Source: Cytophagales bacterium (lineage in GTDB: Bacteria > Bacteroidota > Bacteroidia > Cytophagales > UBA9547). From it: DNA of 64,000 nucleotides. The notes under the pieces are model-generated. The model did no database searches. It was not told the DNA's origin and saw nothing but the letters and a program-made list of their open reading frames with translations. The DNA is taken from contig JAAFIH010000027.1 in the NCBI GenBank assembly GCA_013297755.1, forward strand, positions 3,666-67,665, written 5' to 3'. The position numbers were made by a program, and so were the translations under genes. Shown piece by piece: positions 36,771-44,157 of this stretch (its first letter is position 1; each line of letters starts with the position of its first letter).

Positions 36771-39017
36771 ATGAAAAATCGCATACTCAATTTTGGCGCA
36801 ACTTTGCTGATAGCATCTGCTAGCATGGGTCAAACGACCATCAACACAAGCCCTGCACAAGGCGTTGATAACAGTCCAGGTTCAACCACAAGCTACTATG
36901 GCAGCAGCCTACAGGGCACCACAGGGTTTGTAGAAAGTGGCTCTCAAGTTGTATATACAGGGGGTACATTACAAGTCAAATATAATGGAAAAGTAGGCAA
37001 TAATCTTACTTTTACAGTTTCAAAACAAAAGGCACCAGTTACTTTTGGGTTGGCTGGGCGTGCTTTTGTAAAAGATGACAAAGGGTCAGGGATAGTAGGA
37101 ACAACAACTTACAATGCTGGGATTACAAGCTTTGATATTACTATCCCAGAGTCAAGTATCTTTACTGGAACTTCAAAATTAAGGTTTTTTGCTCAATCTA
37201 ATACGCCAATTTCTTACTTATATGCTGGTGAGATCTCTATAGAGAAATCGATAGCTGTTAATAATGCCATTGATGTTTCAAACACTAGTTTTTCTTATAA
37301 TGACAATGCTGGAGATGTAAGCACAGTGAATGTAACCTCTGCTTTGGCATGGTCGGCAACAGCCGATGTTAGCTGGATTCAAGTAAAAGAAAAATTTAAT
37401 GATCAGTTTTATTTTGAAATAACAGGTTCGAATCCTGAAACTATATCAAGAACAGGTACAATCACTGTAAGCAATGGAATTAACTCTAAGACGATAAGTA
37501 TATCCCAGGCAGGTAAAACAGTAGTTGCCCCACCAAATAATACTTATCTTAGTCTTAATGGGACAAATTTCACAGTATCTAGCTCTCTTTCAACAGTTTA
37601 CGTTGAGGTAGCTTCAAGCTCAAATTTCACAGTATCAACAGGTGGCACTTCATGGTTGATATTTTATGTAAGCAATGCTAATACAATTGTTTTATCAGCA
37701 GCTGCCAATACTACATCAAATACAAGAAATGCGACAGTTACTGTACTCAATGGAGATAATCTAGCAACTACAATATCTATAACTCAAGAAGGCGTAGTTT
37801 TGCCTCCAAACCCTAATCCAGCACCCATAGATTCAAATGTAGTGTATAGGGTTTCGAATTATAATTTGAATGATCGATTAGGCATGGGTAACTTCTCTAA
37901 CCAATTTTCTTGGAAAAATAGTATTTATGATGCTATAAATAAATTAAATCCACCTTTTTCATTGGCTGAAGAAATTAAATCTCTATATGTAGTAATTAAC
38001 TCAGGCGTTTGTTTTGGACAAGCTAAGTCAATCGAGTATCGTGTAAACTTTAATGGGTTTAATCAGATTTTAGATCTGTATTCAAGCACTTTACTATTAG
38101 AAAATACTTCTAATGAAGTAAAATCTAAAATTGCCGAACAGCAAGTTTTGAGTTGGTTTTATCAACGAACAAGCTCTAATATTACTAATTTAAAAGGAAA
38201 TATTGAACTCTTTGATAAAATTCAAGAAAGAATCAAAAAAAACAAGTCCTCTACATTTACATATTTTAATCATAATAATAGTGGGCATGCTATTTTAGGA
38301 TATAAAGTGACTATAAATACAATAAGTGGTATTAGAATATTTGAATTTTTAGATAGTAATGTACCAGAAAAACCTCAGTATGTCAAAGTTTACAAAGATG
38401 GAAGCTTTTCTTTTTCAAATCCAGCAAGAAACACAATTAGAGATATAGTTTTATTTGCTGATACAATATGTAATACAATAGATTGCGCATCTAAACAAAA
38501 CAATTTTAGGCTTGAATCTAGTGAATTTACAATAATTTCTGCCAATAACTACAAATCAGGTAGAGTTATAGACACATTGTTTATTCCAACAGGTTTAAAT
38601 AACAATTCAATTTATTTTAAAGTAGAATCAAATAACCTTGAATTCGTTGGAACTGGTAACTTGCTTATGGGAAATGACAAATTTATTTCAATTACTCAGT
38701 CTGGTCTAAACACTTCTAGTCTAATTAGTGAATTTCCGTTTATTACATCTAGTGGTAGTGCAACTATTGAAGTTAAAGAAGTAAATAAGCCTACAAGTCT
38801 TTTATTTCAAGAAAAAAAAGATTTTTACTACACCTATTTAAACAGTGTAATAACATCTAATGCTAAATTAGTTGGTGTAACCAATATTTTAGGTCAAATC
38901 ATATATTTTCAAAATATTGATGCAAACGAGTACAAAATAGAACAACATTCTGGTTTAATTATTTTGAAATTCTTAACCGAAAATGGCGAAATTGTTATCA
39001 AAAAACTATATATCTAA
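36771..39017 (+). CDS. T9SS-secreted protein with two BACON domains and a possible Cys/His peptidase-like domain
   Basis: It has a signal peptide. BACON-like segments are ...AWSATADVSWIQV...SRTGTITVSNGINSKTISISQAG and ...NTRNATVTVLNGDNLATTISITQEG. Candidate catalytic residues are NSGVCFGQAKS and NSGHAILGYKV. The CTD-like end is ILGQIIYFQNI...GLIILKFLTENGEIVIKKLYI. Confidence 0.7.
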   Translation: MKNRILNFGATLLIASASMGQTTINTSPAQGVDNSPGSTTSYYGSSLQGTTGFVESGSQVVYTGGTLQVKYNGKVGNNLTFTVSKQKAPVTFGLAGRAFVKDDKGSGIVGTTTYNAGITSFDITIPESSIFTGTSKLRFFAQSNTPISYLYAGEISIEKSIAVNNAIDVSNTSFSYNDNAGDVSTVNVTSALAWSATADVSWIQVKEKFNDQFYFEITGSNPETISRTGTITVSNGINSKTISISQAGKTVVAPPNNTYLSLNGTNFTVSSSLSTVYVEVASSSNFTVSTGGTSWLIFYVSNANTIVLSAAANTTSNTRNATVTVLNGDNLATTISITQEGVVLPPNPNPAPIDSNVVYRVSNYNLNDRLGMGNFSNQFSWKNSIYDAINKLNPPFSLAEEIKSLYVVINSGVCFGQAKSIEYRVNFNGFNQILDLYSSTLLLENTSNEVKSKIAEQQVLSWFYQRTSSNITNLKGNIELFDKIQERIKKNKSSTFTYFNHNNSGHAILGYKVTINTISGIRIFEFLDSNVPEKPQYVKVYKDGSFSFSNPARNTIRDIVLFADTICNTIDCASKQNNFRLESSEFTIISANNYKSGRVIDTLFIPTGLNNNSIYFKVESNNLEFVGTGNLLMGNDKFISITQSGLNTSSLISEFPFITSSGSATIEVKEVNKPTSLLFQEKKDFYYTYLNSVITSNAKLVGVTNILGQIIYFQNIDANEYKIEQHSGLIILKFLTENGEIVIKKLYI

Positions 39018-39042
39018 GCAAATTATACTTTTTAATTATATT

Positions 39043-39076
39043 TGCCCTTGATTTTATTAACAAGGGCATTTTTTTT
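39043..39076 (+). terminator. Intrinsic terminator of 36771..39017
   Basis: tgcccttg-attttattaa-caagggca is followed by T8. Confidence 0.75.
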
Positions 39077-39085
39077 AGAATTAAT

Positions 39086-39290
39086 ATGAAAATTATTACA
39101 ATAGGCGACATACACGGTAGAGCGTATTGGAAACAAGCTCTTGAAAAAGAGGCTGATGTATATGTTTTTCTTGGAGATTACTTGGATCCTGAGAAGACCA
39201 TGCCTATGGCCGACTTGCCTAATGTGATCCCTAATTTAAAAAAAATAGTGGAAGCCAAAATAAAACAACCTAATAAGATTGTTCTACGAG
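39086..39290 (+). pseudogene. 5' fragment of a metallophosphoesterase gene, truncated at the repeat-B junction
   Basis: MKIITIGDIHGRAYWKQALEKEADVYVFLGDYLD...KIVL carries phosphoesterase motifs I and II. Where GNHD is expected the sequence diverges, and the frame reads through into repeat-B promoter sequence (track ORF 39086..39646). Confidence 0.6.
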
Positions 39291-39403
39291 GATGCTACAA
39301 ATGTGTAGCCACAAAAAAAGTCGAGTTGGTGTTTTTAATAAATTATTTTTATTCTTTTTTTGTAACTAATTTATTGTATATTTGTGTATATAATTCTAAA
39401 ATC

Positions 39404-39646
39404 ATGGCACAAGTAGCAACACTAAAAACCCAAACCAATACTACAGGTTCACAAACCAATGCGAATTTAGATTTAAAAATAGTCCCCCAAAACACTCTAC
39501 CTGAAATATCATTACACCAAAAAACAGAAGAAGACCTTGAAAGAGAAGCGTTTGAAAAAGAATGGAATGATCCCACAAATTTGACAGGAGACGAATTATT
39601 TGCTCGTGTAAACAAACATATTGATTCGTTGCCATGGCAAGCATAA
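39404..39646 (+). CDS. Small putative antitoxin-like protein (81 aa), paralogue of 27256..27498
   Basis: MAQVATLKTQTNTTGSQTNANLDLKIVPQ...EEDLEREAFEKEWNDPTNLTGDELFARVNKHIDSLPWQA. The C-terminal 25 aa are identical to copy A. Confidence 0.5.
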   Translation: MAQVATLKTQTNTTGSQTNANLDLKIVPQNTLPEISLHQKTEEDLEREAFEKEWNDPTNLTGDELFARVNKHIDSLPWQA

Positions 39647-39963
39647 TTTACTCTGAAAAACTAGAATATAAACTAAATGAATTGGTAGATATTTTATTTG
39701 AAAAGAGATATTTTGGTTACAAAGAATCTGCAAAAGAATATGTGCAACTTATTAGAAATTTTATAGAAACCATCCCAAACCAAACCATAGTATATGTTTG
39801 CTCAAAACCTACGTATGGTAAATATTATGCTCGATACACCAACAAAAAAAGTAAGTTTAAATATTATATAACATATAATCTAAGCGATGAAAGATATTAC
39901 ATCAAAGACATAATAAGTCCCAAAACAAAAGCCTATTTGGACATCAAAGGCTCGAAAAAATAA
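39634..39963 (+). CDS. Putative RelE/ParE-superfamily-like toxin, paralogue of 27486..27815
   Basis: It is identical to copy A over the first ~80 aa and differs near the C-terminus (YNLSDERYYIKDI vs YDSMDGIYYIENI). Confidence 0.4.
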   Translation: MASIIYSEKLEYKLNELVDILFEKRYFGYKESAKEYVQLIRNFIETIPNQTIVYVCSKPTYGKYYARYTNKKSKFKYYITYNLSDERYYIKDIISPKTKAYLDIKGSKK

Positions 39964-40422
39964 TGAATACATCATTAGTCTACCAATGATAAACTTGATT
40001 CCAATGAAGACCTTTCTTTTGGATTTTAAATTATTATAATAGAATTTTGATTGGAGCTCATTTAAAACTATAATCAATATCTTCACCCTTTTGATGGTAT
40101 TAGCACACACTCAAATGATATACATTAAATAATTGTTAAGTTTAAAGAAACTACAATGGTTAATATTTAATGTTTTAATAACCTCACAAATCGATTGTTT
40201 ACTATTTTTATATCTAAGTTTGTACCATGATTCTATAATAAAAAAAAAATACCCAGTGTTTCAATCTTGTAGATTTGAGAAAAATCATCTTTTTTAAAAA
40301 ATCAATTAGATTTTAAATGCAATTATTTGAAAAAATGTATTTTATTTGATAATTCAATTTATTCTTGATGCATAAATATTAAAAAAATACATTTTAATGT
40401 CAATAGAATATAAATTTTAATA

Positions 40423-41754
40423 ATGAAACGACTTCTGCTTCTTTACATATCAATTTTTACTTTACAAATTTTTGTAGTTCAGGCTCAAAAGGACACCTTA
40501 ACTGTGATGCAATATAACCTGATGCGATATGGAGCTGCCTCATTGGGTATCAATTGCACGCCCCCAGCTTATACAACTAGAGCCAATTACATGAATACCA
40601 TTGTTGGTTTTGTTTTGCCTGATGTATTGGCAGTAGAGGAAATGCAGCAAGGCACTTCTACTTACGCTCAATATTTATTAACTAATGCTATGAACCAAAA
40701 TGGCCGCACATACTACAAAAGAGCCACTTATAACACAGAATCTGGGGATGATATTACTGATATGCTTTATTACAATGGCGATATACTAACTCTTACTAGC
40801 CAGTTTACCATTGGTTGCACGCCACGTAGTGTACATGGATACAAACTTTTATATGCCAATCCTGCCAACAGTGCAGACACAGTAAGTCTTACTTTTTTGG
40901 TAGCCCATTTCAAAGCTGGTACTACCAATCCTGCTTCTGCCACAGCACCTGATGCCCTAGCCAGAGGCACTTGTGCCAACAACGTAATCAATTACATGAA
41001 ACAAAATATGAGTGTTACTGGTAATTATTTTTTTATGGGAGATTTCAACTTATATATGAGTAGCGAACCTGCCTGGCAAAATATGACCAATTCTACTTTG
41101 CCAAGTGCAGTAAGATTTTTTGACCCAATCAACCAAATAGGTACTTGGACAAATAATGCATCTTTTGCTTCATTTCATACCCAAAGCACAAGGTCTAGTG
41201 CATCTGCCAACGATTGTTTTTCTACTGGTGGCATGGACGATAGGTTTGATTTTATACTTACAACCAACAATGTGCTACCCTCTGGCGACCCAAACAATAA
41301 AGTAAAATATATACCAGCTTCTTACAAAGCCGTGGGCAACGATGGCCAAAGATTTAATGGAGCAGTATATGATCCATCCAATCCCAATGCCAATGGTTCT
41401 GTGCCATCCAATGTAGCTGAGGCACTTTTTAATATGTCAGACCATATTCCTGTACGATTAAAATTAGAAATAAAATTACAAAATGCTACAACTACAGGCT
41501 TAGCTTTGGCCGAACAAGAATCAAAAATTTGGTTTACCAATCCTGTTTCTACAAATCAGCTTATTTTTTATTTTAAGCAAACCCTACATCTTACTATTTT
41601 TGATGCCATTGGGACTATCAAAATGAAAGACTTGGAAGTTTCGCAACAAAAAAGTATAGATATTTCAGCTTTAAATAATGGTATGTATTTGCTTGTATTT
41701 TCTGATAAATATGGACAAAAACTAGTAAAAAAATTAATTATCAATAAAGAATAA
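40423..41754 (+). CDS. Secreted endonuclease/exonuclease/phosphatase (EEP) family protein with T9SS CTD
   Basis: EEP motifs are LTVMQYNLMRYG, VLAVEEMQ, FMGDFNL, DDRFDFILTT and SDHIPVRLKLE. The CTD is NPVSTNQLIFYF...GMYLLVFSDKYGQKLVKKLIINKE. Confidence 0.8.
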   Translation: MKRLLLLYISIFTLQIFVVQAQKDTLTVMQYNLMRYGAASLGINCTPPAYTTRANYMNTIVGFVLPDVLAVEEMQQGTSTYAQYLLTNAMNQNGRTYYKRATYNTESGDDITDMLYYNGDILTLTSQFTIGCTPRSVHGYKLLYANPANSADTVSLTFLVAHFKAGTTNPASATAPDALARGTCANNVINYMKQNMSVTGNYFFMGDFNLYMSSEPAWQNMTNSTLPSAVRFFDPINQIGTWTNNASFASFHTQSTRSSASANDCFSTGGMDDRFDFILTTNNVLPSGDPNNKVKYIPASYKAVGNDGQRFNGAVYDPSNPNANGSVPSNVAEALFNMSDHIPVRLKLEIKLQNATTTGLALAEQESKIWFTNPVSTNQLIFYFKQTLHLTIFDAIGTIKMKDLEVSQQKSIDISALNNGMYLLVFSDKYGQKLVKKLIINKE

Positions 41755-43856
41755 TGCCTTTAAAAATTGCCTTTTTTCTTTTATTTTTTAATATATTGGC
41801 CTTTACTCAGTCATTTTATGCTGAAAAAAAAACCAGTAAGTCAAATATAGAAACAACCATAAGCAATTTAGGCCTTATTGGTAATTCGTTTCGTGGAAGC
41901 TATCAATCTCAAAGTTGGGGATCGTTGGAGTTTCCTGCCAAATCTAACATAGAACATGCTTTTTTGGGTGGCCTTTGGATAGGTGCTATCATCAATGGAG
42001 GCGTTACGGCCGTAAGTACTGGGGCTGTTGGTTCGGCCAATGGCTATAGTACTGGTGCATCTGGGTACGAATTTACGGCTCCATTGGGTTCTACTTTGCA
42101 AACAAAATCACGACTACAAGACGACCCTTTTTATGACCCCAAAGCGGTTTCTCATCAAGATTTTATAGGCAATTTTACTGATAGCAATGTATTTATACCA
42201 GGCTCACCACAACGAATTGTTGGCCACGAAAACCCATTGAAAGTGTCTGTAAAATTCGAATCTTATAATTGGAATAGCTCATCTGCCAACTTTTTTATTC
42301 CTCTCAAATTTGTAATTAAAAATACAGGAAAAAATGTATTGTCAGATGTATGTGTGGGTTATTGGGCCGATTTTGTCATTCGCAACGTATCGCAATATCC
42401 ACCAGGTGGCACACCTTTTTTCTCTTCTGGTCGCAATGGATTTATTGATTCTTTGGCAATGGCTTATGAATGGGATGGCGAAACCTCAGTGCCAAATGCT
42501 CAGAGTTATGCTGGATTGATGTATTTGGGTGCTGTCGATAAAAATGGCGTTGTTCGTTATCCAAATACTATCACAAGTCCAGAGATTAAAACAAATTATA
42601 ACACTTGGACTTTTAATGGAGCAGACAATAATTTTGGAGTTCCTATTTCAGATTTTGATAAATATGCCCGATTAAAAGAAGGACAAAATCAAAGATCTAC
42701 TTGGGCAAATACCCAAAATTTGATACGCCAAAACGGCAATCGCTCTAATCTCATTTCTGCTGGGCCTTTTGCCACACTCAATCCAGGTGATGAAATGGAA
42801 ATTATGTTTGCAGTCGTTTGTGGCTCTACGATAGAAGATGGAGCTAAACATCCATCAGAAAATACGCCTTTGCAAATATCTCAATTTATAAAAAATGCTA
42901 ACGATGCACGCACATCCTATGCAGGTGAAGACAAAAACCGAAATGGTATCCTCGATTTGGGTGAAGACATCAATCTAAATGGAAAAATCGATCGCTTGAT
43001 TTTCCCAGAACCACCTGCTACTCCCAAAACAAAATTTATAGTTGGCGATGGCAAAATAGATATGTATTGGACCAATAACTCTGTTATTTCTAGAGACCCT
43101 GTAACCCAAAAATTAGATTTTGAAGGATTTAGAATTTATCGCACCCAACTTGCTTATGATATGCAAAAAAGCGTTGACATAGACAAAAGCCTCAAATTGA
43201 TACGATCTTACGACAAAACTGATAATATTTTCTTTTTAAATAACGGCTTTTCTGAAATAGAGTTAAAAGAACCCATCACTTTTGAGGGCGACCCCAATGT
43301 GTATTATTATAAATATACTTTCAATAACATGGCCAGTGGTTGGCAACATGCCATAGCACTTACAGCCTTTGATTCAGGCGATACACTACTGAATGTGGCA
43401 CCTCAAGAATCATCAAAATTAGAAAACATATTTCGTATTTTTCCAGGCAAACCAGCCAATGGAAGTATCCAATCAAACGAGCCTTATGTTTATCCAAACC
43501 CATACTATGGCATAGCCAGTTGGGAGGGCTCAAGCAATTTTGAAGAATCTAAAAAATTAATTTTTGCAAATTTACCCAAACGATGCACCATAAAAATATA
43601 TACCCTAGCAGGCGATTTGATAGACACCATCAACCATGACGAAAATTACAATGGCTCAGATATGGCCTCAAAAAGCCCTCAAGGTTGGTTTACCATTTAT
43701 TCTGATACCGAAAAAAATATATTTTCAGGTGGCGAACACGCTTGGTCGCTGATGTCGGCCAACTCTCAAATCATTGCACGTGGATTTTATATTTTCAATG
43801 TAGAAGACACCAAAACTGGTGAAACCTTTGTAGGGAAATTTACAGTAATCAAATAA
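41754..43856 (+). CDS. Secreted 700-aa protein with Ca-binding-like D/N loop, FN3-like and C-terminal FlgD-Ig-like domain
   Basis: The start overlaps the EEP stop (TAATG). It has a signal peptide. The D/N loop is DKNRNGILDLGEDINLNGKID and the FN3-like segment is KIDMYWTNN...FEGFRIYRT. The C-terminus is CTIKIYTLAGDLI...GFYIFNVEDTKTGETFVGKFTVIK. Confidence 0.6.
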   Translation: MPLKIAFFLLFFNILAFTQSFYAEKKTSKSNIETTISNLGLIGNSFRGSYQSQSWGSLEFPAKSNIEHAFLGGLWIGAIINGGVTAVSTGAVGSANGYSTGASGYEFTAPLGSTLQTKSRLQDDPFYDPKAVSHQDFIGNFTDSNVFIPGSPQRIVGHENPLKVSVKFESYNWNSSSANFFIPLKFVIKNTGKNVLSDVCVGYWADFVIRNVSQYPPGGTPFFSSGRNGFIDSLAMAYEWDGETSVPNAQSYAGLMYLGAVDKNGVVRYPNTITSPEIKTNYNTWTFNGADNNFGVPISDFDKYARLKEGQNQRSTWANTQNLIRQNGNRSNLISAGPFATLNPGDEMEIMFAVVCGSTIEDGAKHPSENTPLQISQFIKNANDARTSYAGEDKNRNGILDLGEDINLNGKIDRLIFPEPPATPKTKFIVGDGKIDMYWTNNSVISRDPVTQKLDFEGFRIYRTQLAYDMQKSVDIDKSLKLIRSYDKTDNIFFLNNGFSEIELKEPITFEGDPNVYYYKYTFNNMASGWQHAIALTAFDSGDTLLNVAPQESSKLENIFRIFPGKPANGSIQSNEPYVYPNPYYGIASWEGSSNFEESKKLIFANLPKRCTIKIYTLAGDLIDTINHDENYNGSDMASKSPQGWFTIYSDTEKNIFSGGEHAWSLMSANSQIIARGFYIFNVEDTKTGETFVGKFTVIK

Positions 43857-44157
43857 TTGAGAATTGAGAATTGAGAATTGAGAATAATATTAATTAATTA
43901 TAATGAACAAACAAAAAACGGGAGTAAGCCTAAAAAATTAAAAAAATCCGCTTTCAAGTCCCCTTCGGGGATTTAGGGGCTTTAAAAATTAAAAAAATCC
44001 ACTCTAGCCCCTCCCTTTTATGGGGTTCTACGCATGGAGTAGAATTTGTTGGGGTGGGGGCAAATATAGTCCTTATAATTCCTCCTTCGGGGGCTAGTAG
44101 GCTTTTATGAATTGAACCATTAATAATTAACCATTAACCATTAACCATTAAAAACAG
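43857..44157 (+). repeat. Mosaic intergenic repeat array (heptamers + GC hairpin words)
   Basis: (TTGAGAA)x4 starts directly at the stop codon. It is followed by gtaagcctaaaaaattaaaaaaatccgctttcaagtccccttcggggatttaggggcttt and then cccctcccttttatggggttctacgcatggagtagaatttgttggggtggggg. cctccttcggggg comes next, and (AACCATT)x4-5 ends 9 nt before ATG 44158. Confidence 0.9.

Larger units (their letters stand above)
39333..39978 (+). repeat. Copy B of the ~640-bp direct repeat carrying the TA-like module
   Basis: See copy A (27190-27830). The TATATTTG box at 39377-39384 has the same spacing to the start codon. Confidence 0.8.

Noticed and set aside
37425-37435. GGTTCGAATCC, the consensus tRNA T-arm sequence
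   Set aside because: It sits in frame inside the 36771..39017 CDS (…ITGSNPETI…), and no acceptor or anticodon stems can be drawn around it.
39086-39646. 186-aa ORF treated as a single gene
   Set aside because: It is a chimera. The first ~67 codons are a phosphoesterase N-terminus. The frame then reads through non-coding repeat-B promoter sequence into the 81-aa small ORF, whose own ATG (39404) and promoter box are conserved with copy A.
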